Assembly (NCBI GenBank): GCA_965262635.1
Contig: OZ253547.1
Location: 2,257,598-2,321,597, forward strand
Reading direction: 5' to 3'
Length of the DNA stretch: 64,000 bases
From: Candidatus Versatilivorator sp.
Lineage (GTDB): Bacteria; Acidobacteriota; Terriglobia; Versatilivoradales; Versatilivoraceae
The notes below the pieces were generated by a model that saw only the letters and a program-made list of their open reading frames with translations, had not been told where the DNA came from and did no database searches. Positions within the stretch are counted from its first letter, which is position 1, and each line of letters opens with the position of its first letter. Shown piece by piece: positions 31,124 through 41,598 of this stretch. The position numbers and the translations under genes are program-made.

Positions 31124-33339
31124 CAATGCTTTCCGGTCCGGGAGGAATTCACCGCCTCAAAATCGGACAGGTCCATCTTCATGGTGTGAACCAGGAAGCC
31201 CCACAGATCGGCCACTTCCTCGATGATCTTGCGGGTGGGTTTGCCGGCTCCGTGGCCCGCCTGGGTCTCGATCCGGATAAGCACCGGTGCGGTACCCGAC
31301 TGGGCGGCCTGCAGGGCGGCGGCAAATTTGTAGCTGTGGGCCGGCACCACCCGGTCATCGTGATCGGCGGCGGTGATGAGCGTCGCCGGGTAACGGGTGC
31401 CGGCTCGAAGATTGTGAAGCGGGGAGTAGGCCAGCAGCGCCTTGAATTGTTGGGGATCTTCCGAGGAGCCGTAGTCCGACACCCAAGCCCATCCAATGGT
31501 GAATTTTTGGAAACGAAGCATATCCAGGACCCCGACCGCCGGCAGAGCGGCGCCGAACAATTCCGGCCGCTGGGTCATGGCGGCTCCCACCAGCAGTCCC
31601 CCGTTGCTGCGTCCACCGATGGCCAATTGGGCCGGACGGGTGTATCCGTGCCGGATCAACCATTCGGCAGCCGCAATGAAGTCATCGAAAACGTTTTGCT
31701 TGTTTTCCTTGGTCCCGGCCTGGTGCCACTCCTCTCCGTACTCGCCTCCTCCCCGTAGATTGGGCACGGCCAACAAGCCACCCATCTCCAGCCAGACCAG
31801 GTTGGCGACGGAGAAGAAGGGGGTCAGGGAGATGTTGAACCCCCCGTAGCCGTACAGGTAGGTTGGGTGCGGCTGCTCCCGTGACAGGTTTTTGCGGTGG
31901 GTCAGGAACATCGGGATGCGGGTCCCGTCCCTGCTGCGGTAAAAAACCTGTCGAGTTTCATAGGTGCGGGCCTCGAAATCCACGCTCGGCTCCCGAAACA
32001 ACCGGCGTTTGCCCGATTCGAGGTCCTGGTGGAAAATCGTCAGAGGGGTGGTGAAGCCGGCATAGCCGAAAAAAGTCTCCGAGTCTCCCTTCTTGCCCTC
32101 GAAGCCGGTGACGGCGCCGAGGCCGGGAAGGTCGATGGTGCCGTTGGATTTTCCCTGCAGTCCATAGAGCCGCACCACGGAGGTGGCGTCCTTGAGATAG
32201 GTGGCGATGAACCGATGGTTGACCAGGCTCACCTGTTCCAGCGTTTCGGTCGCCTCGGGGATGACTTCCCGCCAGTTTGCCCGGGCCGGCCTTTGGATAT
32301 CCACCGCGATGACCCGCCCGCGTGGGGCCTCGAGGTCGGTATGGAACCAGAAAACGGAACCCTCGTTGCCGATGAAGCGGTAGGAAGCGTCGAAGTCGTC
32401 CAACAGGGGAATGACCTCCGAGGCCGCGCTTTCAAGGGCCTGGACATAGACACGGTTCCGCCTGTCGGTCCCTTTCCATACGTGGATGACCAGATAACTC
32501 CCGTCCTCGGTGACCAGGGGGCTGAAGCCCCAATCCTTCCGGTCGGGCCGCTCATACACCAGCACATCCTGTGACTGAGGGGTGCCGATGCGATGGTAGT
32601 AGAGCTTCTGATGGTAGTGGGTGTCCGCCAAGCTGCGAGTTCCCTTGGGTTCGTCGTAGCGGCTGTAGTAGAATCCCCGGTTGTCGTGGCTCCATGAGGC
32701 TCCGGAAAACTTGATCCAACGCAGTCTCTCCTTCAAGTCTTTGCCCGTTGATACCTCTCGAATCTTCCATTCCATCCAATCCGAACCGGAGGTTGAGAGA
32801 CCGTAGGCCATGAGACTGCCATCAGAACTGATGGAATAATCGGCCAGGGCAACGGTCCCTTGATCGGAGAGCCGATTGGGGTCGAGGAGCACTTGAGGCG
32901 TTCCGGTCAGACGGGTCACCGTATAAAGCAGGCTTTGGTTCTGGAGGCCATCGTTCTTTCGGTAGAAGTAGCGGTCGCCTTCTTTGTGAGGCACGCTGTA
33001 GCGTTCGTAGTTCCACAGCCGCTCCAGCCTTCTCTGGATGGGCGCCCGTTCGGATATTCCGCCCAGGTATCGGAAGGTCAGCGAATTTTCGGCCTGAACC
33101 CAGGAACGTGTTTCTTCTGAATCGGCGTTTTCGAGCCAGCGATAGGGGTCCGGGACATCGATGCCATGGTAGCGGTCGAGCTGATCGGCTTTCCTGGCTT
33201 TGGGGTAGGCGAGGGGGCGATGTTCGGGAAAGGGGCGGGAGGCGTCGGTCCGGGTCTGCTTGATGGTCGCCACCAACCATCCCAGGGACAGGGACAGCGC
33301 TGCCGTCAACACAACCACAAGGGGTAACATGCGTTTCAT
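31123..33339 (-). CDS. Prolyl oligopeptidase (S9A), exported
   Basis: Signal-like N-terminus, DPYRWLE, YGYGGF, GRSNGG, DHDDRV, AGHGAGKP. Confidence 0.95.
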   Translation of the reverse strand: MKRMLPLVVVLTAALSLSLGWLVATIKQTRTDASRPFPEHRPLAYPKARKADQLDRYHGIDVPDPYRWLENADSEETRSWVQAENSLTFRYLGGISERAPIQRRLERLWNYERYSVPHKEGDRYFYRKNDGLQNQSLLYTVTRLTGTPQVLLDPNRLSDQGTVALADYSISSDGSLMAYGLSTSGSDWMEWKIREVSTGKDLKERLRWIKFSGASWSHDNRGFYYSRYDEPKGTRSLADTHYHQKLYYHRIGTPQSQDVLVYERPDRKDWGFSPLVTEDGSYLVIHVWKGTDRRNRVYVQALESAASEVIPLLDDFDASYRFIGNEGSVFWFHTDLEAPRGRVIAVDIQRPARANWREVIPEATETLEQVSLVNHRFIATYLKDATSVVRLYGLQGKSNGTIDLPGLGAVTGFEGKKGDSETFFGYAGFTTPLTIFHQDLESGKRRLFREPSVDFEARTYETRQVFYRSRDGTRIPMFLTHRKNLSREQPHPTYLYGYGGFNISLTPFFSVANLVWLEMGGLLAVPNLRGGGEYGEEWHQAGTKENKQNVFDDFIAAAEWLIRHGYTRPAQLAIGGRSNGGLLVGAAMTQRPELFGAALPAVGVLDMLRFQKFTIGWAWVSDYGSSEDPQQFKALLAYSPLHNLRAGTRYPATLITAADHDDRVVPAHSYKFAAALQAAQSGTAPVLIRIETQAGHGAGKPTRKIIEEVADLWGFLVHTMKMDLSDFEAVNSSRTGKH

Positions 33340-33567
33340 GGGCAATCTTGGGCTCAGGAAGCGGTTTGGCCTGGGCCGGGCGCTCGGGCGCGGGCGCCGC
33401 AACTTCCAACTAAAATACAACAAGGTTCCGCGGAGGGCAATGGCTGCTCAAAACCCTAAAGCTTTCGAGAACAACCTCTTGGACAGAGGAATGACAGAGA
33501 AGGGGCATTCCTGCCCTGAATGGGGGCAGGGCCGGCCCGGTGGACGCCTTTTGGATGAGGGGTTTCA

Positions 33568-34329
33568 GTGTCATCGGTAATTCTGGCTGTCAGCAACCTG
33601 TCCAAGAAATATGGAGAGATCGTGGCCGTCGATCGGATCAGCTTTTCGGTCCATCGGCAGGAAATCTTCGGCATCCTCGGTCCCAACGGCGCCGGAAAAA
33701 CCTCCACTCTGGAAATGATTGAAACGCTACGGCCCATTGACGCCGGGACGGTCATTGTGGATGGACTGGACATCCGGACGAACTCCCGGCAGGTTCAGCA
33801 GCGCATCGGCGTTCAACTCCAAGCGGCTTCCTTTTTCGAAAAGCTCAATCTGAAGGAGTTGCTCCTGTTGCTCGGGGAGCTTTACGGGCGGGTGGTCGAT
33901 CCGATGAAGCTGCTGGGCGAGGTGGATTTGCAGGATCGCGCCAAGGCGCAGGTGGGAGAGCTTTCGGGAGGGCAGCAGCAGCGTTTCTCCATAGCCGCGG
34001 CGCTGGTGAACGATCCGCTGCTGGTTTTTCTGGACGAGCCGACCACCGGACTGGACCCTCAGGCTCGCAGACACCTCTGGGGAGTGATCCGCAGGATCCG
34101 CTCTGAAGGGAAGACGGTGGTCTTGACGACCCACTATATGGAGGAGGCCGAGGAGTTGTGCGATCGAGTGGCCATCATGGACCGGGGCAGAATTGTTGCC
34201 GACGCACCTCCCCAGGAGCTCATCGGCAAACTTGTGGCGTCCGGATTCCGGAAGGCGCGTGTGGAGCGCTTGGCCAACTTGGAAGATGTGTTTCTCAACC
34301 TCACCGGACACGCCTTGCAAGAGGATTAG
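33568..34329 (+). CDS. ABC-2 transporter ATP-binding protein
   Basis: GPNGAGKT, LSGGQ, LDEPTTGLD, TTHYMEE. Confidence 0.94.
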   Translation: MSSVILAVSNLSKKYGEIVAVDRISFSVHRQEIFGILGPNGAGKTSTLEMIETLRPIDAGTVIVDGLDIRTNSRQVQQRIGVQLQAASFFEKLNLKELLLLLGELYGRVVDPMKLLGEVDLQDRAKAQVGELSGGQQQRFSIAAALVNDPLLVFLDEPTTGLDPQARRHLWGVIRRIRSEGKTVVLTTHYMEEAEELCDRVAIMDRGRIVADAPPQELIGKLVASGFRKARVERLANLEDVFLNLTGHALQED

Positions 34330-34433
34330 GCCGGAATTCTTCCTTGGTCCCCACCCGGACCGATTGAAAATTGGAGGCGGAGCCTGGCAAAGCCGGAGAA
34401 TCGGCCGGACTCCAGAACGGACGGTGAACAGAC

Positions 34434-35501
34434 ATGCGGCTGTGGTGGAAATTAACGGTGGCTTCTCTGAAGATGTTCACCCGACAGAAGGAAGCCATCA
34501 TCTGGACCATGTTACTGCCGCTCTTCATGGTCGTTTTGTTCGGATTCGTCTCCCTTGATGGATTGGGGAAGATTCAATTCGGAGTGGCGGGCGGAGAGGA
34601 TGAACCGGCCGGCCGGCTCCTCGGGAGGCTTCAGCAGGTTCAGACGTTGCAGATCACGCGCGGCGCGGAAGGCTCCGAGCTGGAGCAACTAAAGGCCGGC
34701 AGACGTCACCTGGTTCTTGTCCTTCCCGAAGCCTTCGATCCGGCCAAGGGGCATGGGCTCAAGGTCCTGGTCCATGACGGCAAGCTTCAGGAAACCCAAC
34801 TAGGCCTGTTGATTCTGCGGAAGGTGTTGGACGATACGACATTCAGGGTGCATGCGGCGCCGGATCGAATTCCATTGACCATCCAGTCGGTGGCCAGTCG
34901 TCGGTCCAGCTATATCGACTTCCTGCTTCCCGGGGTGCTCTCTCTGGCCATCATGCAGAGCGGCATTTTTGGAGTGGCTTTCGGATTCGTTTCGCTCCGT
35001 AGGAGGGGAGTGCTTCGGCGCCTGTCGGTCACTCCCATGAGACCCCAGGACTTCATTGCGGCCCAGGTGGCCATGCGGCTGATTGTCCTCCTGGCACAGA
35101 TCGTGGTCCTGGTCGGTGTGGGGATTCTCTTCTTCGACCTGCAGTTCATGGGGAGGCTGCTGGATCTCTTTGTCATGGGTTTGCTGGGCGGGACCGTGTT
35201 CCTGGCCATCGGCTTCTCCCTGGCCGGTATCGCCAAGACGGAAGATCAGGTCGTGCCCCTGGCCAACGTGGTTTCGCTGCCCATGATGCTCCTCTCGGGG
35301 GTCTTCTTCAGCCGCTCCAATCTGCCGGAGCCGGTTCGGCTGGTCACGGAGTTCTTCCCCCTTACCTATCTGGCCGACGGCATGCGAAGCATCGTGCTGG
35401 AGGGTTCAACGCTCCCGGCCCTTTGGCTCCAACTGGCGGGCCTGGGATTGTGGAGCATGATCTCGGTTTGGGTGGCGGTGAAGGTTTTCCGATGGGAGTA
35501 G
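34434..35501 (+). CDS. ABC-2 transporter permease
   Basis: YIDFLLPG, multiple TMs, LSGVFF, PLTY, C-terminal FRWE. Confidence 0.92.
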   Translation: MRLWWKLTVASLKMFTRQKEAIIWTMLLPLFMVVLFGFVSLDGLGKIQFGVAGGEDEPAGRLLGRLQQVQTLQITRGAEGSELEQLKAGRRHLVLVLPEAFDPAKGHGLKVLVHDGKLQETQLGLLILRKVLDDTTFRVHAAPDRIPLTIQSVASRRSSYIDFLLPGVLSLAIMQSGIFGVAFGFVSLRRRGVLRRLSVTPMRPQDFIAAQVAMRLIVLLAQIVVLVGVGILFFDLQFMGRLLDLFVMGLLGGTVFLAIGFSLAGIAKTEDQVVPLANVVSLPMMLLSGVFFSRSNLPEPVRLVTEFFPLTYLADGMRSIVLEGSTLPALWLQLAGLGLWSMISVWVAVKVFRWE

Positions 35502-35502
35502 A

Positions 35503-35761
35503 GCCGCATTTCTCACCAGGGGTTTGCACTCTTCTCAAGAGTGCAACTTGGCGCAGGAATTTTTCCCTCAGCGCGTGCTCGCGAGCGAAGAGCGTAGCGG
35601 GGACTACGTTCGAGGGAGCATGTGCGCGCTGAGGGAAAAAGGACAAGCCAGGGCGCGCCCAGCGCAGTCTGTAGCCGCAAGTCCCTTAAATGGCGCCAAT
35701 CAAGGGTCTGAAGATAAGCCGCTTTTCACTATGCATTCAGCGACCTGGTGAGAAATGCGGG
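35503..35761. mobile_element. MITE family A copy 5 (259 bp)
   Basis: Near-identical to copy 7; begins 1 nt after the permease TAG; right flank TTAG. Confidence 0.9.
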
Positions 35762-35793
35762 TTAGAGCAGGATTCCCCTGGACATCCCCCTTC

Positions 35794-37017
35794 ATGGACT
35801 TGTTTTTCCTCCTTCTTGCCGGTTTGGTTCTCCTCAAAGGCCTGGCTGGTGTGCTGCACAGCCTCGGCTACCAGCGTTATCTCGACCGTCAGTTGTCCCG
35901 AACACCGCCTGCCTGGATGCCTCCGGCTTCCGTGATTGTTCCCTGCAAGGGGAGCGATTTCGAGTTGAAGGAGAACATGGAGGCCATTCTGGATCAGGAG
36001 TTTGAGGACTACGAAGTCATCTTTGTGACCGCCACCGAGGTCGATCCCTCGCTGGTCACCCTCCGCCAGGCAAGTCGGAAATTTCCCCGCCGGCGAGTCA
36101 AGTTCGTCGTGTCGGGATTCTCGAGCCAGCGAGGCGAGAAGGTGCATAACCTCATCCAGGCCCTGGGAAGGGTGGACCCCGGCTCGCAGGTTCTGGTCTT
36201 CGCCGACTCGGACGGGCGACCGCACCGGCGTTGGCTGCGGGATCTCCTGTCACCCTTGAGGGACCCCGCAATAGGAGCCTCCACCGGTTACCGGTGGTTC
36301 TTCCCCCGCAGCGGGAACCTGGCCAGCCTTCTGCGGGCGACCTGGAATGGTTCCGTGGCCACGCTGCTGGGCGGTCACGGCCGCAACTTCGTCTGGGGAG
36401 GCTCGATGGCGATCCGGCGGTCGACCTTTGCGGCGGTCGACGTACTGGCTTATTGGGAACATTCCGTCAGTGACGACTACTCCCTGACGGAGGCTGTGAA
36501 TGCGGCGGGGCTGCGGATCCACTATCAACCTCGATGCCTGGTGGGCACCCAAGGGGACTGTAGCTGGAGAGAGCTGGTGGAATGGTCCACACGGCAAATC
36601 ATCATCACCAAGGTCTACTCCAGAAGCCTCTGGAGGCTGGCGCTGCTTTCGGAGTGGCCCTTTGTGCTGTTCTGGTGGTGGGCGGTGGGCGAGTTGATCG
36701 GGTCGGCCCTTGGGGCGGGGTCAACCATCCAGACGCATTGGCTGCAGGGCGTGCCGCTGCTGCTCCTGCTGGGGGTGGTCTGGTTCTTGGGCGCTGTTCG
36801 AGGTCTCTTCCGCTGGAGAATGATCTACAGGATCCGCCCCGAGCAGCGGGAGAGGCTTAAACGGGACTGTTGGGGGTACCTGCTTCTGGGACCCCTGGCG
36901 GCGACGCTGACCGCCTTCAACCTTGCGGTCTCTCTGTTTACCTCCACCATCGTGTGGCGCCAGGTGCGCTACGAGATGGCCTCCAGTCGTGAGGTGCGGG
37001 TGGTGCGGGACGGTTAA
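35794..37017 (+). CDS. GT2 glycosyltransferase (ceramide glucosyltransferase/HpnI-like)
   Basis: VIVPCKG, FADSD, WGGSMA, SDD, W-x-x-RQ; C-terminal TMs. Confidence 0.82.
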   Translation: MDLFFLLLAGLVLLKGLAGVLHSLGYQRYLDRQLSRTPPAWMPPASVIVPCKGSDFELKENMEAILDQEFEDYEVIFVTATEVDPSLVTLRQASRKFPRRRVKFVVSGFSSQRGEKVHNLIQALGRVDPGSQVLVFADSDGRPHRRWLRDLLSPLRDPAIGASTGYRWFFPRSGNLASLLRATWNGSVATLLGGHGRNFVWGGSMAIRRSTFAAVDVLAYWEHSVSDDYSLTEAVNAAGLRIHYQPRCLVGTQGDCSWRELVEWSTRQIIITKVYSRSLWRLALLSEWPFVLFWWWAVGELIGSALGAGSTIQTHWLQGVPLLLLLGVVWFLGAVRGLFRWRMIYRIRPEQRERLKRDCWGYLLLGPLAATLTAFNLAVSLFTSTIVWRQVRYEMASSREVRVVRDG

Positions 37018-37250
37018 CTCGCATTTCTCACCAGGGGGCGTGAAAATGGTGCAGGATTTTTCCCTTCAGCGCGTGCTCGCGACCGAAAAGCGTAGCGGGG
37101 ACTACGTGCGAGGGAGCCTATGCGCGCCTAAGACAAGCCAGGGCGCGCCCAGCGCCGTCTGTAGCCGCATGCCCTCAAAACAGAGCCAATAAGGTACTGA
37201 AGACAAACGGTCTTTCATAATATATCCAGCGACCCGGTGAGAAATGCGGG
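37018..37250. mobile_element. MITE family A copy 6 (233 bp)
   Basis: TIRs present (left has 1 mismatch); flanks TTAA and TTCA. Confidence 0.88.
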
Positions 37251-38312
37251 TTCACCTGCCGCCAGGTGCAGTTGGCCGCAGGCGGCATAGATCTCCATTC
37301 CTCTGGGTTTCCGGACATAAGCCGGCAGGCCCTTGCCGGTGAGGATCTCCCGAAAGCGGTCCACCCGCGGGGGGGATGAGGGTCTCAAACCATTGGCATT
37401 GCCGGGGTTCAGCGGAAGGAGATTGACTTTCGACCGGATGCGGGCCAGTAGTTTGATCAGCCGCCGGGCATCGTCGTCGCTGTCATTGACCCCCTCCATG
37501 AGGACGTACTCGAAGGTCACGCGTTGGTTTCGTTTCAGAGGAAAATCGGCGCAGGCTTGCAGGATCCTGTGTATGGGATACTTGCGGTTGATGGGCATCA
37601 GCCGGTCACGAACCTCATCGGTGGTGGCCGACAGCGAGACGGCCAGGTTGGGTACTACCGGAGCCTGAGCCAGTTTCCTGATCTGGGGAACCAGCCCCAC
37701 CGTCGACAGCGTGATCCTGCGGGGAGAAAGAGCCAATCCCCCAGGATCGGCCACAATGATCAGGGACTTGAGGACATTTTCGAGATTTAGAAGGGGCTCG
37801 CCCATGCCCATCAGCACCAGGTTGGTGAGGGCCGGGGCGCCACCGTCCCCCGCGGATTTCATGCCAAGGTTCTTGTCACAAAGCACGTAGAGAATTTGAC
37901 CCAGGATCTCGGCCGGGTTGAGGTTGCGCCTGAATCCCAGCATGGCCGTCAAACAGAAACGGCAATCGAGTGGGCAGCCCGCCTGAGTCGAAATACACAG
38001 GGTATTGCGCTTCCGCTCGGGGATCAGGACGCACTCGATCTTCTCCCCGTCCTGAAGCTCGAGCAGATATTTCTCGGTACCGTCGGTGGCTCGCTGACGC
38101 CTTTGGAGCCGGGGCAGGGTAATGGTGCAGCTCGCAAGCTTCCGCCTCAGGGATTTGGAGAGATCGGTCATCGATCCCGGGTCCAGTTGGCGCCGGCGGT
38201 AGAGGGCCTCATAGAGCTGGCGCCCGTGATAGGGTTTCTCACCCCAATCGACCATCAGGCCAGCCAGTTCAGCGGCGGTCAACCCCAATAGTTCGCCCCT
38301 GGAAGCCTCCAT
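37215..38312 (-). CDS. rlmN: Dual-specificity RNA methyltransferase RlmN
   Basis: CISTQAGCPLDCRFC, MGMGEP, FEYV, AACGQL. Confidence 0.95.
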   Translation of the reverse strand: MEASRGELLGLTAAELAGLMVDWGEKPYHGRQLYEALYRRRQLDPGSMTDLSKSLRRKLASCTITLPRLQRRQRATDGTEKYLLELQDGEKIECVLIPERKRNTLCISTQAGCPLDCRFCLTAMLGFRRNLNPAEILGQILYVLCDKNLGMKSAGDGGAPALTNLVLMGMGEPLLNLENVLKSLIIVADPGGLALSPRRITLSTVGLVPQIRKLAQAPVVPNLAVSLSATTDEVRDRLMPINRKYPIHRILQACADFPLKRNQRVTFEYVLMEGVNDSDDDARRLIKLLARIRSKVNLLPLNPGNANGLRPSSPPRVDRFREILTGKGLPAYVRKPRGMEIYAACGQLHLAAGEPAFLTGSLDIL

Positions 38313-38547
38313 TGGAAGAAGTCTCCTGTTTTCAACCGGTTCAAGCCGGGATTAAGATCATAGCAGACGGATTGGAGGCCGCGCAATCGCCGCCGGAGGC
38401 TCAGAGCCGTCATTTGGTGCCGGTGGTGTTCGGTGCTATATTTCCACCTGATTTCAATCGTTTGGTCCACGGCGTGAAACGCCCGAGTTATTGGGCAGCG
38501 GGCGAGGCAACCTGACCTGAAAGTGGGTCCGGTACGTCAGAGGTATC

Positions 38548-39699
38548 ATGATCGGGAACCTGCATTTTCGGCGTCTACGGTTGCGGAATTGGAGAAACTT
38601 CACCGGCGTGGAGGTTGCCATCCAGGACCGTCTGTTTCTGATCGGCCCCAATGCTTCGGGAAAATCCAACTTCCTGGATGTTTTTCGCTTTCTGCGGGAT
38701 CTGACTGCGTCAGGCGGCGGCTTTCAGGAAGCGGTCGCCCGACGGGGCGGGGTGAGCACCATCCGCTGCCTGGCGGCCCGCAGGCAGTCCGATGTCGAGA
38801 TTGGGGTTGAATTGACCGAGGGAAAGGGAGGGAGTCAGTGGAACTACGAGCTGGGCTTCCACCAGGACCAGCAAAGACGGCCTCTGGTCTGCAAGGAGCG
38901 TGTCTTGCGCGATTGTGTGGAACTGGTCAAACGTCCCAATGAGGAAGACTACGCCGATCCCGAGCGTCTCACCCAAACCTGCCTGGAGCAGGTGAGCGCC
39001 AACCGGCCCTTCCGCGAGTTGGCCGCCTTCTTCGCATCCATTCGCTACCTGCACATCGTGCCCCAACTCATCCGTGACCCCGAACGTTCGGGGGGAGCCT
39101 TGAACGATCCGTTCGGCGGCGACTTCCTGGAGCAGGTCGCCGGGGCCCGGGAGCGCACCCGCAATGCGCGTCTCCGACGGATCGGGAAGGTTCTTCAGAC
39201 GGCCGTACCCCAACTGGAAGCCATCGATCTCTGGCACGATTCCAGGGGGATGCCCCATCTTCGCGGCAAATACCGGCACTGGCGCCCCCAGGGGGCCTGG
39301 CAAACCGAAGAGCAGTTCTCCGACGGCACCCTGAGACTCATCGGTCTGCTCTGGTCTGCCATGGAGAAGGAGGGGCCGCTGTTGCTTGAGGAACCCGAAC
39401 TTTCACTCCACCCCGGTATTGTCCGGGCGCTGCCGCGGATGCTGGCCCGGGTCCAGCGCGGAACCGGGAGACAGACCCTTCTGAGCACCCACTCTCCGGA
39501 GTTGCTGCGCGACAAGGGAATTGGGCCCCACCAGACGCTGGTCGTCGTACCAGGGACCGAAGGCGCCCAGGCGATTCCTCTGGAGTCGAACGGCAAAGCC
39601 CGCGAGCTGCTGGAAAGCGGGTTCTCCCTTCTCGATGGCCTGATCTCCGGGGACGGGCTTGAGCACTCGGGTCAACGCCCTTTGTTCGGGAAGGAGTGA
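38548..39699 (+). CDS. AAA_21/AbiEii-like ABC-type ATPase
   Basis: GPNASGKSN, FSDGTLR, LLEEPELSLHP, STHSP. Confidence 0.85.
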   Translation: MIGNLHFRRLRLRNWRNFTGVEVAIQDRLFLIGPNASGKSNFLDVFRFLRDLTASGGGFQEAVARRGGVSTIRCLAARRQSDVEIGVELTEGKGGSQWNYELGFHQDQQRRPLVCKERVLRDCVELVKRPNEEDYADPERLTQTCLEQVSANRPFRELAAFFASIRYLHIVPQLIRDPERSGGALNDPFGGDFLEQVAGARERTRNARLRRIGKVLQTAVPQLEAIDLWHDSRGMPHLRGKYRHWRPQGAWQTEEQFSDGTLRLIGLLWSAMEKEGPLLLEEPELSLHPGIVRALPRMLARVQRGTGRQTLLSTHSPELLRDKGIGPHQTLVVVPGTEGAQAIPLESNGKARELLESGFSLLDGLISGDGLEHSGQRPLFGKE

Positions 39700-39746
39700 A
39701 TTTGCCCCTTTTGCCAATCATCGCGGCTGCGGCGACGATCTTCCAG

Positions 39747-39915
39747 CTCGCATTACTTACAGGGGGGTGCACTCTTGAGACGAATGCAGGGAGCGAGGGT
39801 CGTGTTTAGCGTGGTTTTTGGAGAGGCAGTGCGTTCCGGGACGGCGCAACTCATTCACCGCCTACGCGGCTATGGGAGCGCAGGATTCAGACCCCCATGG
39901 GTTTACGCCCGGCTC
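39747..39915. mobile_element. Degenerate MITE family A left arm with REP-like DNA
   Basis: 39747-39850 aligns by eye with 57693-57795; no matching right TIR seen. Confidence 0.65.
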
Positions 39916-40209
39916 GTTTCATTTCTTTGACCGGCGACCGGTTGAGACATGCGGGCCAGTCTTGGACGGTCCGGATGAAGGCTCGCCATCGGCTTCGCAT
40001 GCCGGAAAGGAAAAATCATATAACATATTGATTCTACATTGTTTATAATGAGGATGAGGAATAGGGGAAGCACAATTTTCCGTTGAAAACCCACCAGGCT
40101 TATGTTAGTTTGAACCTGCACCCACGCGGCTCGACAAATCCTCTCACTGCCGCAGCCACAGTCGAGTCTTCCGGAAAAATTCAGTTCGCACCCCTGGGAC
40201 ACGGACTCC

Positions 40210-41478
40210 ATGGAGAATGTCAAAAAGGACGTGTTGGACAATGGGCTCACCGTTCTCAGCGAGTGCATGCCTCACCTCCGTTCCGTTTCCATGGGGGTCT
40301 GGGTGAAGACGGGCTCCCGCAGCGAAACCCCTGAGTTGAACGGCGTGGCTCATTTCGTCGAGCACCTGCTGTTCAAGGGTACCCGGCGGCGCACGGCCGA
40401 AGAGATTGCCAAGGAGGTGGACTCCATCGGCGGCCACCTGGATGCCTTCACGGGCAAGGAAACCGCCTGTTACAGCGCCAAAGTCCTGGATGACCATCTT
40501 CCCCTGGCCTTCGATATTCTTTCCGATCTCGTGCTCAATCCCCGGTTCGATCCCGACGAGATGGAGAGGGAACGCTCGGTGGTTCTGGAGGAGATCAAGA
40601 TGGAGGAGGACATTCCGGACGATCTGGTTTGCGAGATCTTCACTCAGAACTTCTGGAAGAATCAACCGCTGGGACGGCCGATCCTGGGAACCAGCCAGAC
40701 AGTCAGCCGCCTGCATCGAGACAGGGTGGCCGATTTCTTCCGCGAGCACTACACTCCGGACCAACTGGTGATCTCGGCTGCGGGTCACCTGGAACACCGC
40801 AACATCCTGGATTTGGCCTTGCAGCATTTCGGCCACCTGGAGCGCCGGCCGAATGGGCGAGCCCTGGCTCCTGCCAAGCCTTGCAGCCCCATCTCATTGC
40901 GCACCAAGAAAGAGCTGGAACAGGCCCACATCTGCCTGGGTGTTCCCGGCTGCGCCCTCGGCGACCAGGACCGGTTCGCGTTCTACCTCTTGAGCACCAT
41001 CCTGGGCGCCGGCATGAGTTCCCGACTCTTTCAGAACATCAGGGAAAAACAGGGCCTGGCCTATGCCATCTTCGCGGGGTTGAGTTCATTCCGGGACACC
41101 GGCTGTCTGTCGGTCTATGCGGGAACCTCTCTGGAAAACGTCGGAAAGGTGGTGAGTTCCATTGTGCGGGAGTTGCGTGATCTCAAAGAGCGTCAAGTGA
41201 GCACCGAGGAACTGAAGCGCTCCAAGGACCACTTGAAGGGGAGCCTCCTGCTGAGCTTGGAATCCAGTTCCAGCCGCATGTCCAACCTGGCGCGGCAGGA
41301 ACTCTATTTCGGGGATTACAAACCGCCGCAGGAGACCATTCTGGATATCGATCGAGTTTCCGCAGATGAGGTTCAGGCCTCGGCTCATTCGGTTTTTGAC
41401 ACTCAGCAAGTGGCTCTCACCGTGCTGGGCAACCTGGATGGAGTCCGGTTTACCCGTGCCGACCTGGATTGCGGATGA
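40210..41478 (+). CDS. M16 family (pitrilysin-like) peptidase
   Basis: AHFVEHLLFKGT (HxxEH), VVLEEI, MSSRLFQ. Confidence 0.93.
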   Translation: MENVKKDVLDNGLTVLSECMPHLRSVSMGVWVKTGSRSETPELNGVAHFVEHLLFKGTRRRTAEEIAKEVDSIGGHLDAFTGKETACYSAKVLDDHLPLAFDILSDLVLNPRFDPDEMERERSVVLEEIKMEEDIPDDLVCEIFTQNFWKNQPLGRPILGTSQTVSRLHRDRVADFFREHYTPDQLVISAAGHLEHRNILDLALQHFGHLERRPNGRALAPAKPCSPISLRTKKELEQAHICLGVPGCALGDQDRFAFYLLSTILGAGMSSRLFQNIREKQGLAYAIFAGLSSFRDTGCLSVYAGTSLENVGKVVSSIVRELRDLKERQVSTEELKRSKDHLKGSLLLSLESSSSRMSNLARQELYFGDYKPPQETILDIDRVSADEVQASAHSVFDTQQVALTVLGNLDGVRFTRADLDCG

Positions 41479-41598
41479 GCGGTCCGACGGGGCAAGGTCA
41501 GGAGTTTCAGGGACCGTCAAAGGAAAAGCCGCGGCGCTGGCGGACGGTCGTCGGGCGATGCATCCAATCTTCCTCCGGTGAAGCCGGGCGGGGCAACA

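Noticed and set aside
40000-40200. AT-rich region upstream of the M16 peptidase as a possible ncRNA or riboswitch
   Set aside because: Contains TATAAT-like sequence but no recognisable RNA motif; most likely ordinary promoter DNA.
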